From positions 2,531,067 to 2,563,066 of the forward strand of contig NZ_CM001976.1 of the NCBI RefSeq assembly GCF_000406145.1: a stretch of 32,000 nt of DNA, written 5' to 3'. This DNA is from Dickeya dadantii NCPPB 898. GTDB lineage: Bacteria; Pseudomonadota; Gammaproteobacteria; Enterobacterales; Enterobacteriaceae. The position numbers and the translations under genes were made by a program. The notes beneath the pieces were generated by a model, which was not told the DNA's origin, ran no database searches, and saw nothing but the letters and a program-made list of their open reading frames with translations. This document shows positions 17,718 to 27,845 of the stretch, in pieces; the first letter of the stretch is position 1; each line of letters opens with the position of its first letter.

Positions 17718-17766
17718 ATCCCCACCACCGCCATACTGATTCTATTAATCAAACGGGTAAACTGTC

Positions 17767-18735
17767 ATGTCACTACGAAGGGTAATTGCAGGAACGCTTA
17801 TGATGTCTGTCAGTGGATTCACTCTCGCCGACACCATCTTCCCAATATGGCCGCAGGGCGAAGCGCCGGGTGCGGCAACATCGTCAGTACAGCAGCAGGT
17901 CGTTGAACGCAGTAAAGACCCCACCCTGCCAGACCGGGCCGTAACCGGTATCCGCAGCCCGGAAATCACGGTTTATACCCCGGAAAAGCCGAATGGCACA
18001 GCGCTGTTGATTACCCCCGGCGGCTCCTATCAACGCGTGGTGCTGGACAAAGAAGGCAGCGATTTGGCACCCTTTTTCACCCGACAGGGCTACACCCTGT
18101 TCGTCATGACATACCGTATGCCGGGCGACGGCCACCAGGAAGGCGCGGATGCGCCGCTGGCCGACGCTCAGCGCGCCATACGCACGTTGCGGGCCCATGC
18201 CGCGCAGTGGCAGATTGACCCACAACGCATTGGCATCATGGGCTTCTCCGCCGGCGGGCATGTCGCCGCCAGTCTGGGCACTCGCTTTGCGCAAACCGTT
18301 TACCCGGCGCAGGACGAAATCGACCATATCAGCGCCCGCCCGGACTTCATGGTGCTGATGTACCCGGTCATTTCCATGCAGGAAAACATTGCGCACGCCG
18401 GCTCCCGTAAAGCGCTGATCGGTTCTCACCCCAGCGACGCGCAAATCCAGCGCTATTCCGCGGAAAAACAGGTCAGCGCGCAAACCCCACCGACATTTCT
18501 GGTCCATGCAATTGACGACCCTTCCGTATCGGTAGACAACAGTCTGGTGATGCTGGCGGCATTGCGCGCGCACCAGATTCCGGCAGAAATCCATCTGTTT
18601 GAGCAGGGGAAACATGGTTTTGGTATCCGCGGCACGGTCGGGTTGCCGGCTGCTATCTGGCCACAATTGCTGGATAACTGGCTAACATCGCTGCCGTTAA
18701 AGAAAAATACGGCGAATCAACCGGATAAAAAATAA
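17767..18735 (+). CDS. paeX: Periplasmic pectin acetylesterase PaeX (alpha/beta hydrolase, CE10-like)
   Basis: 322 aa with signal peptide MSLRRVIAGTLMMSVSGFTLA and esterase motifs HGGG-like (ITPGGSY) and GFSAGGH. It sits directly after kdgM, as described for paeX. Confidence 0.8.
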   Translation: MSLRRVIAGTLMMSVSGFTLADTIFPIWPQGEAPGAATSSVQQQVVERSKDPTLPDRAVTGIRSPEITVYTPEKPNGTALLITPGGSYQRVVLDKEGSDLAPFFTRQGYTLFVMTYRMPGDGHQEGADAPLADAQRAIRTLRAHAAQWQIDPQRIGIMGFSAGGHVAASLGTRFAQTVYPAQDEIDHISARPDFMVLMYPVISMQENIAHAGSRKALIGSHPSDAQIQRYSAEKQVSAQTPPTFLVHAIDDPSVSVDNSLVMLAALRAHQIPAEIHLFEQGKHGFGIRGTVGLPAAIWPQLLDNWLTSLPLKKNTANQPDKK

Positions 18736-18779
18736 CTAGTTACACCGTCACACCTTCCGCCGTCTATCGCAATCTCTTA

Positions 18780-18799
18780 TACTGTATAAAATGACAGTT
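18780..18799. promoter_or_regulatory. LexA (SOS) box upstream of ydjM
   Basis: TACTGTATAAAATGACAGTT fits TACTG-N10-CAGTA (CTG-N10-CAG exact). It lies 14 nt before the ydjM ATG. E. coli ydjM is a known LexA-regulon member. Confidence 0.75.
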
Positions 18800-18812
18800 T
18801 TTGAGATGTTTC

Positions 18813-19391
18813 ATGACCGCGGAAGGCCACCTCCTGTTTGCCGTAGCCAGCGCAATCTTCGCCAAAAAAGCAGAGTTATCGCCCGTTCTGGCGGCCGGCG
18901 ATTGGTGGCACATTATTCCCGCCGCCATGCTGACAGCGCTGCTGCCCGACATCGACCACCCGAAATCCATTCTGGGCCAGCGCCTGAAATGGATTTCGGT
19001 GCCGATCGCCAGGTTGTGCGGCCATCGCGGTTTTACGCACAGCCTGCTGGCGATTCTGGCCGGCGTTTATGTTATCCACACCCGGTTGCCGGCAGACTGG
19101 CCGTTGCCGGGCGATGTCTATCACGCGATGATCGTAGGGTATCTGAGCCATATCGTCGCCGATATGCTGACCACGGCCGGCGTCCCCCTGCTGTGGCCCT
19201 GTCGCTGGCGTTTTCGGTTACCCATCCTCAACAGCGACAAAGGAAACCAACTGGAACGGCTACTGTGCGTGGGCCTGATCCTGTTCATGCTATGGCAACC
19301 GCAACAGCCGCTGGAGTCCTGGCATTACGGCGAGCCGGCGCGGTGGCTGCAACAATTCGGTCAGCAGCTTCATCAGCTACTGACGCTCTGA
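18813..19391 (+). CDS. ydjM: LexA-regulated inner-membrane metal-dependent hydrolase YdjM
   Basis: From the ATG at 18813 the sequence runs MTAEGHLLFAVASAIFAKKAELSPVLAAGDWWHIIPAAMLTALLPDIDHPKS...GFTHSLL, collinear with E. coli YdjM. The track start at 18801 is a TTG inside the LexA box flank. Confidence 0.85.
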   Translation: MTAEGHLLFAVASAIFAKKAELSPVLAAGDWWHIIPAAMLTALLPDIDHPKSILGQRLKWISVPIARLCGHRGFTHSLLAILAGVYVIHTRLPADWPLPGDVYHAMIVGYLSHIVADMLTTAGVPLLWPCRWRFRLPILNSDKGNQLERLLCVGLILFMLWQPQQPLESWHYGEPARWLQQFGQQLHQLLTL

Positions 19392-19527
19392 ACTACCGCG
19401 TTATTCCATTCTGCTCAATCCAAGTTCGTTATCTCTATAACCGCGATATAAAAGACCTGCTATGCTACTGCGCTGGTTACGTTTCTCTGACCGTAGCCAC
19501 TTTGAACATTAAAAAAGGAGTAGTGGG

Positions 19528-20919
19528 ATGAATTTTCCGCTGATAATAAATGTGGTTGTTTTTGCTGTGTTGCTCTTCGCACTAGGGTATGGCGGTAATA
19601 AAAACTGGAGTCTGTCCAAAAAGGTCCTGCTGGGGTTGATCACCGGCGTCCTGTTCGGGCTGGTATTGCACCTGATCTACGGCGACGACAATCCCGTCGT
19701 AAAACAATCCATCGCCTGGTTTAACATCGTCGGCAACGGCTACGTGCAATTGCTGCAGATGATTGTCATGCCGCTGGTGTTTGTTTCCATTCTCAACTCG
19801 GTTGCCCGGTTACATAACGCCTCATCGCTGGGGAAAATCAGCCTGCTGGCGCTGGGCAAGTTACTATTGACCACATTGATTGCCGCGCTGATCGGTATCT
19901 TTGTCACTAACCTGTTTGGCCTTACCGCCTCGGGGCTGGTGCAGGGTGCGCAGGAAAGTGCCCGTCTGTCTACGATTCAGAATAGCTATGTCGGCAAAGT
20001 CGCAGACCTGAGCGTGCCGCAACTGCTGCTGTCGTTTATCCCCAAAAACCCGTTTGCCGACCTGACCGGCGCCAACCCGACCTCGATTATCAGCGTGGTG
20101 ATTTTCGCTGCGTTTCTCGGTGTCGCCGCGCTGCACCTGTTGAAAGACGATGCGGTGAAAGGCGAACGTGTGCTGACGGCCATTGACACCTTGCAATCCT
20201 GGGTGATGAAGCTGGTCCGTCTGGTCATGCGTCTCACGCCTTATGGCGTTATGGCGCTGATGACCAAAATGGTCGCCAGCTCTAACCTGCAGGACATTCT
20301 CAAACTGGGGGGCTTTGTCGTGGCGTCCTATCTCGGTCTGGGGCTGATGTTTGGCATCCATGCCGTGCTGTTGGCACTGACCGGCGTGAACCCGGCTCGC
20401 TTCTACCGCAAGGTCTGGCCGGTATTGAGCTTCGCTTTCACCAGCCGCTCCAGCGCCGCCACCATTCCGCTGAATATTGAGGCCCAGACGCGTCGTATCG
20501 GCGTGCCGGAATCCATCGCCAGCTTTGCCGCCTCCTTTGGCACCACCATCGGTCAGAACGGCTGCGCCGGGCTTTATCCGGCCATGCTGGCGGTGATGGT
20601 CGCACCGACGGTCGGCATCAACCCGTGGGATCCGATGTGGATTGCCACCCTGGCTGGCATCGTGACGCTTAGTTCGGCAGGCGTGGCTGGCGTCGGCGGC
20701 GGCGCAACCTTCGCCGCGCTGATAGTCCTGCCCGCTATGGGCCTGCCGGTGACGCTGGTTGCCCTACTGATTTCCATTGAACCGTTGATCGATATGGGGC
20801 GTACCGCGCTGAACGTCAGCGGCTCGATGACCGCAGGCACCATTACCAGCCAGTTGCTGAAACAAACCGATAAAGCGGTGCTGAATCAGGGTGACGACGC
20901 CGCATTGACGCAACGTTAA
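19528..20919 (+). CDS. tcyP: L-cystine transporter TcyP (YdjN), dicarboxylate/amino acid:cation symporter family
   Basis: 463 aa. The start [34 protein letters not shown] matches the E. coli YdjN N-terminus and length. SD AAGGAG upstream. Confidence 0.9.
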   Translation: MNFPLIINVVVFAVLLFALGYGGNKNWSLSKKVLLGLITGVLFGLVLHLIYGDDNPVVKQSIAWFNIVGNGYVQLLQMIVMPLVFVSILNSVARLHNASSLGKISLLALGKLLLTTLIAALIGIFVTNLFGLTASGLVQGAQESARLSTIQNSYVGKVADLSVPQLLLSFIPKNPFADLTGANPTSIISVVIFAAFLGVAALHLLKDDAVKGERVLTAIDTLQSWVMKLVRLVMRLTPYGVMALMTKMVASSNLQDILKLGGFVVASYLGLGLMFGIHAVLLALTGVNPARFYRKVWPVLSFAFTSRSSAATIPLNIEAQTRRIGVPESIASFAASFGTTIGQNGCAGLYPAMLAVMVAPTVGINPWDPMWIATLAGIVTLSSAGVAGVGGGATFAALIVLPAMGLPVTLVALLISIEPLIDMGRTALNVSGSMTAGTITSQLLKQTDKAVLNQGDDAALTQR

Positions 20920-20934
20920 TCCTTTGATGATGGA

Positions 20935-20976
20935 ATAAAAAATGCCGGAGCGGTTTCCCCCTCCGGCATTTTTTTG
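20935..20976. terminator. Bidirectional intrinsic terminator between tcyP and osmE
   Basis: AAAAAA-ATGCCGGAG-(loop)-CTCCGGCAT-TTTTTTT. There is an A tract on one side and a T tract on the other. Confidence 0.85.
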
Positions 20977-20984
20977 CGCACCAA

Positions 20985-21314
20985 TCAGAGTTTCGGATTG
21001 GTGTCATATTCCTGACAACTCTGGAATCCTTTGTTCAGCACATGACCGGTTTCATCAAAGCTGACGAAGTAGTACTGAATCTTGCCGTCACGGGTGCCGA
21101 GCACATAGGTATTACAGGTGCCACGGGCATGAATCATCGTGGCTTCCGTCGATGCGGGGCCGGCAATCCGGTTCACTTCCTGGCGGCTCATACCTTTTTT
21201 GACATCCTTCACCACCGGTTTGGTAAGGAAATTTTCCGCACGATCATAAGCCACACATCCAGAGAGCATCAGAGCGCTTGCCGCGATACACATGAGTAAA
21301 CGATTTTTCTTCAT
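20985..21314 (-). CDS. osmE: Osmotically inducible lipoprotein OsmE
   Basis: 109 aa with lipobox LMLSGC, then ...[23 protein letters not shown]...[14 protein letters not shown], as in E. coli OsmE. Confidence 0.9.
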   Translation of the reverse strand: MKKNRLLMCIAASALMLSGCVAYDRAENFLTKPVVKDVKKGMSRQEVNRIAGPASTEATMIHARGTCNTYVLGTRDGKIQYYFVSFDETGHVLNKGFQSCQEYDTNPKL

Positions 21315-21537
21315 GGCATGACCTCATTGGCTATCGGTGTTGCTAAGACTAGATAGCAACCGCAACTTTTTCAAATCGGCCGCGTCTTTTCAACAGGCTG
21401 ATAGTTGGCGAAAAAGCCCCCGGTTCGATGTAAAACCTCCGGCTTTCTCTTGTTCTTTTGTTCCGCCGGAATTAACGTTACCCTTTGGTGATGTGAATAA
21501 TTATTCTGGCACATCAATAGGTTCAGGAGGGGGCGAC

Positions 21538-22362
21538 ATGTCATTACAGCAGGAAATCATTCAGGCGCTCGGGGCGAAAAGCACCATCGATCCGGCGCAG
21601 GAAGTTCGGGTGAGCGTTGATTTTTTAAAGAATTATCTGAAGGCGCATCCGTTCGTCAAAAGCCTGGTGCTGGGGCTCAGCGGCGGGCAGGACTCGACGC
21701 TCACCGGCAAATTATGCCAGACGGCGATAACCGAATTGCGCCAGGAAACCGGCAAAAACGATTATCAGTTCATCGCGGTACGCTTGCCGTACGGCGTGCA
21801 GGCCGATGAGCAGGACTGTCAGGACGCCATCCAGTTTATCCAGCCGGACCGGGTAATGACCGTTAACATCAAACCGGCGGTGGACGCCAGCGAAGCGACG
21901 CTGCGCGCCATCGGCATTGAGCTGTCTGATTTCGTCAAAGGGAACGAAAAAGCGCGCGAACGCATGAAAGCCCAGTACAGCATTGCGGGCATGAACGCCG
22001 GGTTGGTCGTCGGAACCGATCATGCGGCGGAAGCGGTCACCGGCTTTTTCACCAAATACGGTGATGGCGGTACCGATATCAACCCGATTTTCCGCCTCAA
22101 CAAGCGGCAAGGCAAAGCGCTGCTTAAGCTGCTGGGTTGCCCGGCGCACCTCTACACCAAAGCGCCAACGGCCGACCTTGAAGACGATCGTCCATCGTTG
22201 CCGGATGAAACCGCGCTGGGGGTAACCTACGAAAAGATCGACGATTATCTGGAAGGTAAACAGCTTGAGCCGGTCGATGCCGCTATCATCGAAAGCTGGT
22301 ACCGCAGAACCGAGCACAAACGTCGTCCTCCCGTTACGGTTTTTGATGATTTCTGGCATTGA
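21538..22362 (+). CDS. nadE: NH3-dependent NAD+ synthetase
   Basis: The ATG at 21538 has CAGGAGGGGG upstream and gives 274 aa ([19 protein letters not shown]...SGGQDST...VFDDFWH), collinear with E. coli NadE. The 341-aa track ORF is a 5' over-extension. Confidence 0.95.
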   Translation: MSLQQEIIQALGAKSTIDPAQEVRVSVDFLKNYLKAHPFVKSLVLGLSGGQDSTLTGKLCQTAITELRQETGKNDYQFIAVRLPYGVQADEQDCQDAIQFIQPDRVMTVNIKPAVDASEATLRAIGIELSDFVKGNEKARERMKAQYSIAGMNAGLVVGTDHAAEAVTGFFTKYGDGGTDINPIFRLNKRQGKALLKLLGCPAHLYTKAPTADLEDDRPSLPDETALGVTYEKIDDYLEGKQLEPVDAAIIESWYRRTEHKRRPPVTVFDDFWH

Positions 22363-22406
22363 TGACCGCACGACGCCAGACCAGGTTCATTCACAAGTAA
22401 CGTCAT

Positions 22407-22434
22407 GCGGATGCCGTCCGGCATCCGCCTTTTT
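22407..22434 (+). terminator. Intrinsic terminator after nadE
   Basis: GCGGATGCCG-TC-CGGCATCCGC followed by CTTTTTAT. Confidence 0.8.
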
Positions 22435-22461
22435 ATGTCATGCCATAACGATAATTCCTTG

Positions 22462-23355
22462 ATGATAGCCATAACCCCTTATCGCGCCACGCTGGCCGGC
22501 CTGCTGGCGATTATGCTCTGGAGCACCTCTGTTGGCCTGATTCGCAGCCTGACCGAAGCGCTGGGCGCGTTAGGCGGCGCCGCCATGATTTACAGCACCA
22601 GCGCCCTCTTCCTGTTGTTATTCGGGCATCGTCCCACGTTTCGTTCTCACTCCAAAATCTACCTGCTGCTCGGCGGCGCGCTGTTTGTCAGCTACGAAAT
22701 CTGTTTCTCGCTGTCCATTGGGCTGGCGCAAAACCGGATGCAGGCGATGGAGCTGGGGATGATCAATTATCTATGGCCCTGCCTGACGATTCTGTTTTCA
22801 CTGTTTATCAATCAGCAGAAAAGCCGACTTTGGCTGTGGCCGGGCCTTGCCCTGTCGATAACGGGGATCCTATGGATTCTGAAAGGCGACGGCGACTGGT
22901 CGCCCGCGCTAATGTGGCGGAATATCAGCGCCAATCCGCTGGCCTATGGCATGGCGCTGACCGCAGCGCTGGTCTGGGCATTGTATTGCAACGTCTCGCG
23001 TCGCTTCGGCAACGGGAAAAGTGGCATCCTGCTGTTTTTCATCACTGTTTCCATTGTCCTGTGGGGAAAATATCTGCTCAGCGACGCGCCCGGCTTTTCC
23101 TTCCCGGCGCAAACCCTGCTGGAGCTGTTGTTCATCGGCGGTTCGACCGCGCTGGCCTATGCCGCCTGGGATGTCGGTATTCAACGCGGCAACATGGCGC
23201 TGCTGGCAACCGCGTCCTACTTTACGCCGATACTCACGACGCTGATGGCGGCGTTGTGGCTGCAAACCGTGCCTACCTTCGCTTTCTGGCAAGGCGTCAT
23301 CATGGTGACGCTGGGGTCGCTGCTGTCGTGGCTGGCCACGCGCGCAACCGCTTAA
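22462..23355 (+). CDS. yddG: EamA/DMT-family exporter, YddG-like (aromatic amino acid exporter)
   Basis: 297 aa from the ATG at 22462. Long collinear similarity to E. coli YddG (ATLAGLLAIMLWST..., LFVSYEICFSLS..., MINYLWPCLTILFS..., FWQGVIMVTLGSLLSWLATR). Starts upstream of 22435 would overlap the nadE terminator. The choice between 22435 and 22462 is uncertain. Confidence 0.75.
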   Translation: MIAITPYRATLAGLLAIMLWSTSVGLIRSLTEALGALGGAAMIYSTSALFLLLFGHRPTFRSHSKIYLLLGGALFVSYEICFSLSIGLAQNRMQAMELGMINYLWPCLTILFSLFINQQKSRLWLWPGLALSITGILWILKGDGDWSPALMWRNISANPLAYGMALTAALVWALYCNVSRRFGNGKSGILLFFITVSIVLWGKYLLSDAPGFSFPAQTLLELLFIGGSTALAYAAWDVGIQRGNMALLATASYFTPILTTLMAALWLQTVPTFAFWQGVIMVTLGSLLSWLATRATA

Positions 23356-23377
23356 CCTGCGCCACAACACGGTTTTT

Positions 23378-23410
23378 GTGTTAAATTGCATATATTATGC
23401 AATTTAACAC
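23378..23410. promoter_or_regulatory. Perfect 15-3-15 palindrome, NsrR-type operator upstream of the ygbA-like gene
   Basis: GTGTTAAATTGCATA-TAT-TATGCAATTTAACAC. The TTGCAT-N5-ATGCAA core has the same architecture as the NsrR consensus AAGATGCATTT-N-AAATGCATCTT. The element ends 18 nt before the ATG. Confidence 0.6.
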
Positions 23411-23428
23411 AGCCACGGGAGCGCCACG

Positions 23429-23836
23429 ATGTCCTCTTCTTCCGGCAAACGTATCCAGCGTGAAATCCGCACGATTCAGGCGATGCTCACGCTGTATGAA
23501 CGCGCGTTCCCTGCTCCGGCGGATGACGCGGACTACTACGTCAAGCTACGCGATTATGCGCTGAACCGACTGCAAAAATGCTATTACGGTGAAAACAAGC
23601 CTGCCTGTAAACAGTGTCCCATCCACTGCTATCAACCGGCAAAACGGGAAGTCATCAAAGTGGTTATGCGTTGGGCGGGGCCACGAATGCTGTTGTATCA
23701 CCCGATACTGGCGATCCGGCACCTGTTGGATGACCGTAAACCTGCGCCTGCTGCGCCGCAACGTCCGCGCACAGGAAAAAGACCTGAATCGCCTGCCTCA
23801 CTTTCAGACGATTCTGTAAAAGAAAAAGGCCGCTAA
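23429..23836 (+). CDS. ygbA: Nitrous-oxide-stimulated-promoter family protein (YgbA-like)
   Basis: 135 aa. The core ...CYYGENKPACKQCPIHCYQPAKREVIKVVMRWAGPRMLLYHPILAIRHLLD is the signature of the YgbA_NO family. A Pro/Ala/Arg-rich C-terminal tail follows. Confidence 0.75.
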   Translation: MSSSSGKRIQREIRTIQAMLTLYERAFPAPADDADYYVKLRDYALNRLQKCYYGENKPACKQCPIHCYQPAKREVIKVVMRWAGPRMLLYHPILAIRHLLDDRKPAPAAPQRPRTGKRPESPASLSDDSVKEKGR

Positions 23837-23848
23837 TGCGGCCTTTTT
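23822..23848. terminator. Bidirectional terminator between ygbA-like gene and ihfA
   Basis: AAAAA-GGCCGC-TAAT-GCGGCC-TTTTT. The ygbA stop codon lies in the loop. Confidence 0.85.
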
Positions 23849-23854
23849 GTCAAA

Positions 23855-24154
23855 TCAAGACTCTTTGGGTGATGCGTTTTCCACCCTGCTCTTTAATTTC
23901 TGCCCTGGACGGAACGTGACGACCCGACGCGCCGTAATCGGAATATCTTCGCCGGTTTTTGGGTTACGTCCCGGGCGCTGGTTCTTGTCTCGCAAATCAA
24001 AGTTGCCAAACCCCGACAACTTAACCTGCTCACCATTCTCCAGAGCGCGCCGAACTTCTTCGAAAAACAACTCGACGAGCTCTTTGGCATCCCGTTTGCT
24101 GAGCCCAAGCTTTTCAAACAGGTATTCAGACATTTCAGCTTTAGTAAGCGCCAT
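23855..24154 (-). CDS. ihfA: Integration host factor subunit alpha
   Basis: 99 aa ([88 protein letters not shown]...). Confidence 0.97.
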   Translation of the reverse strand: MALTKAEMSEYLFEKLGLSKRDAKELVELFFEEVRRALENGEQVKLSGFGNFDLRDKNQRPGRNPKTGEDIPITARRVVTFRPGQKLKSRVENASPKES

Positions 24155-24157
24155 AGG

Positions 24158-26545
24158 TTAATCCCTCAAGGATGCTTGGAATCGCTGTTTTAGTGCTGCT
24201 ACGCATTGCGCAACGGTAGCGGCAATTTCCTCTTCTGCCAGTGTACGAGCGGTATCCTGCAATACCAGACTAATAGCCAGACTCTTATACCCTTCCGCTA
24301 CGCCCTTGCCCCGGTACACGTCAAATAAGTTTACGCCAACTAACTGATTTGCGCCAACTTTCTTGCACTCAGCCAAAACGTCGCCCGCTGGCACGCTTTC
24401 AGCCACCACCACAGCAATATCACGGCGATTCGCCGGGAAACGGGAAATGTCCGCCGCCTCAGGCACCACGCGCTCGGCAAGCTTGTCCCACAGTACTTCA
24501 AACACCACGGTGCGCCCGTTAAGATCCAGCTTGCGCTCCAGCTCCGGGTGAATCACACCGATATAACCGATGCGCTCGCCAGCCAGATAAATGGCCGCGG
24601 TCTGTCCCGGATGCAGCGCCGGATGACTCTCAGCCCGGAACTCAAGTACAGACAGTTTCCCGGTCAATGCCAATACGGCTTCCAAATCGCCTTTCAAATC
24701 ATAGAAGTCAACCGCCTGACGCGCCAGATCCCAGTGTTCCTCGTACCGGGTGCCGGTAATCACGCCAGCCAGCATGGTTTCCTGACGCACACCCAAATCC
24801 GCGCGCTGATCCGGAACAAAGCGCAGGCCGCTCTCAAACAGGCGCAGCCGGCTTTGCTGGCGGTTCTGGTTGTACACCACCGCACCCAGCAGACCGCTCC
24901 ACAGCGACAGGCGCATCGCGGACATTTCCACCGAAATCGGACTCGGCAGAATCAGCGCATCTTCACCGGGGTGAATCAACGACTGGATTTTGGGATCGAC
25001 GAAGCTGTAGGTAATCGCTTCCTGAAAGCCGTGATCGACCAGCAGGGTTTTCACACGCTTAAGCGCCAGATCCGCCTCGCGATGTTGCGTCATCTTCAGC
25101 GGCGCCTGAGTAGGAATATTCGGAATGTTGTTGTAGCCGTAAACACGCGCCACTTCTTCCACCAAATCTTCCTCAATCGCCATATCGAAACGCCAGCTCG
25201 GCGCCACCGCCTGCCAGCCATCGGCTGTCTGGGTTACCTGGCAACCCAGACGATTCAGAATATCGCTGACTTTCTCATCGGAAATCACATGCCCGATCAA
25301 ACGATCCAGCTTGTCGCGACGCAGTGCGATGGTGGCGCGTACCGGCAGGTCTTTCTCGCTGACCGCCTCCACCACTGGGCCGGCTTCACCGCCGCAGATA
25401 TCCAGCAGCAGGCGGGTTGCACGCTCCATCGCCTGATGCTGCAAGGCCGGGTCCACGCCGCGCTCATAGCGGTGCGACGCATCAGTATGCAGGCCGTAAC
25501 GGCGCGCGCGCCCGGTGATCGACAGCGGATTAAAGTAAGCGCACTCCAGCAGCACATCCTGCGTTTCGCCGTTCACGCCGGAATGTTCTCCGCCGAAGAT
25601 GCCGCCCATAGCTAGCGCTTTTTGATGATCGGCAATCACCAGCGTGTCGGCGCTCAGGGTAGCGTCGGTGCCGTCCAGCAGACGCAGGGTTTCCCCTTCT
25701 TTTGCCATACGCACCACGATACCGCCTTCCAGACGGTTAAGATCGAACGCATGCATCGGCTGCCCCAGCTCCAGCAATACGTAGTTGGTGACATCCACCA
25801 CCGGGTCGATAGAGCGAATACCGCAGCGACGCAGTTTTTCGCGCATCCACAGCGGCGTGGCGGCCTTAACGTTGATCCCCTTGACCACTCGGCCCAGATA
25901 ACGCGGGCACGCCTCGGTCGCGTCCACCTGAATCGGGAAACGATCGGCGATGGTCGCGGTCACCGGTTCAGTCGTCGGCGCAGTCAGCGCCAGTTCATTC
26001 AGCACCGCGACGTCACGCGCCACGCCCAGAATCCCCAGGCAGTCAGCACGGTTCGGGGTCACGCTGATTTCGATGGTATTGTCATCCAGCTTCAGGTACT
26101 CGCGGATGTCGGTGCCGAGCGGCGCGTCAGCCGGCAATTCGATAATGCCGCTGTGATCGTCGGAGATCCCCAGTTCGGAGAAGGAGCACAGCATTCCTTC
26201 AGACGGTTCGCCACGCAGCTTGGCCGCCTTGATTTTGAAATCGCCCGGCAAAACGGCACCCACGGTAGCCACCGCTACTTTGAGGCCCTGACGGCAGTTA
26301 GGCGCGCCGCAAACGATATCCAGCAGACGATCGCCGCCGACGTTGACTTTCGTCACGCGCAATTTGTCCGCGTTCGGATGCTGTGCGCACTCCACCACTT
26401 CCCCAACGACCACGCCGTGGAACGCGCCTGCAACCGGCTCAACGCCGTCCACTTCCAGACCGGCCATGGTGATTTGTTCAGATAAGGCATCGCTGCTGAT
26501 GGCTGGGTTAACCCATTCCCGTAACCAGAGTTCACTGAATTTCAT
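24158..26545 (-). CDS. pheT: Phenylalanine--tRNA ligase beta subunit
   Basis: 795 aa beginning [38 protein letters not shown]. Its stop lies 3 nt before the ihfA start. Confidence 0.97.
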   Translation of the reverse strand: MKFSELWLREWVNPAISSDALSEQITMAGLEVDGVEPVAGAFHGVVVGEVVECAQHPNADKLRVTKVNVGGDRLLDIVCGAPNCRQGLKVAVATVGAVLPGDFKIKAAKLRGEPSEGMLCSFSELGISDDHSGIIELPADAPLGTDIREYLKLDDNTIEISVTPNRADCLGILGVARDVAVLNELALTAPTTEPVTATIADRFPIQVDATEACPRYLGRVVKGINVKAATPLWMREKLRRCGIRSIDPVVDVTNYVLLELGQPMHAFDLNRLEGGIVVRMAKEGETLRLLDGTDATLSADTLVIADHQKALAMGGIFGGEHSGVNGETQDVLLECAYFNPLSITGRARRYGLHTDASHRYERGVDPALQHQAMERATRLLLDICGGEAGPVVEAVSEKDLPVRATIALRRDKLDRLIGHVISDEKVSDILNRLGCQVTQTADGWQAVAPSWRFDMAIEEDLVEEVARVYGYNNIPNIPTQAPLKMTQHREADLALKRVKTLLVDHGFQEAITYSFVDPKIQSLIHPGEDALILPSPISVEMSAMRLSLWSGLLGAVVYNQNRQQSRLRLFESGLRFVPDQRADLGVRQETMLAGVITGTRYEEHWDLARQAVDFYDLKGDLEAVLALTGKLSVLEFRAESHPALHPGQTAAIYLAGERIGYIGVIHPELERKLDLNGRTVVFEVLWDKLAERVVPEAADISRFPANRRDIAVVVAESVPAGDVLAECKKVGANQLVGVNLFDVYRGKGVAEGYKSLAISLVLQDTARTLAEEEIAATVAQCVAALKQRFQASLRD

Positions 26546-26560
26546 GTTGATATTCCTGCC

Positions 26561-27601
<1,041 letters not shown>

Positions 27602-27650
27602 TCAGTACGCCGGACGTTAACACTACTCACGAATTTTGGAATCGAGTCCA

Positions 27651-27677
27651 ATAAAAAAGCCTCCACAGAGGAGGCTT
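27651..27677 (-). terminator. pheST attenuator terminator
   Basis: The minus strand reads AAGCCTCC-TCTGT-GGAGGCTT followed by TTTTTTATT. It lies 46 nt downstream of the pheM stop. Confidence 0.8.
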
Positions 27678-27722
27678 AGGCGCTACTTTTCGTTTCTGTT
27701 CTTACGCGCAAAGCCCCCGATG

Positions 27723-27767
27723 TTCAGGCGCTAAAGTAAAAAAAGAAACGGAAAATAGCAGCGTTCA
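27723..27767 (-). CDS. pheM: pheST operon leader peptide PheM (14 aa)
   Basis: Hand translation gives ATG AAC GCT GCT ATT TTC CGT TTC TTT TTT TAC TTT AGC GCC TGA = [14 protein letters not shown]. It has five Phe codons and differs from the E. coli PheM I recall ([14 protein letters not shown]) only at the last residue. SD AAGG upstream. Confidence 0.85.
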
Positions 27768-27782
27768 TACTTGCGTTACCTT

Positions 27783-27845
27783 AATTGTTACCTGGATAGA
27801 TTGTTATTTGGATAAATTGTTGTATGGCTAATTGTTATCTAACTC
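27783..27845. repeat. Four tandem ~16-nt direct repeats (ATTGTTRT core) immediately upstream of pheM
   Basis: ATTGTT occurs at 27783, 27799, 27815 and 27830, spaced 16, 16 and 15 nt. Minus-strand units: AGATAACAATTAGCC / ATACAACAATTTATCC / AAATAACAATCTATCC / AGGTAACAATTAAGGT. Confidence 0.7.

Noticed and set aside
18791-19531. 246-aa ORF overlapping ydjM in another frame on the same strand
   Set aside because: The translation is Arg/Pro/Ala-rich. It starts inside the LexA box and runs into the tcyP start. The ydjM frame has clear homology, whereas this one has none.
21347-21368. 7-8-7 inverted repeat GTTGCTA-AGACTAGA-TAGCAAC in the osmE/nadE divergent region
   Set aside because: It is short and matches no regulator motif I know. 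It may be meaningful, but the support is too weak to report as a finding.
22773-23391. 203-aa (+) and 160-aa (-) ORFs inside the yddG-like gene
   Set aside because: These are alternative-frame or antisense artefacts. Only the 22462-23355 frame gives a ten-helix EamA-type membrane protein.
24548-26485. Two long plus-strand ORFs (355 aa at 24548-25615 and 287 aa at 25622-26485) opposite pheT
   Set aside because: They are antisense shadow ORFs of a strongly supported, full-length pheT. The products are Arg/His/Gln-rich low-complexity sequence with no SD and no recognisable domains.
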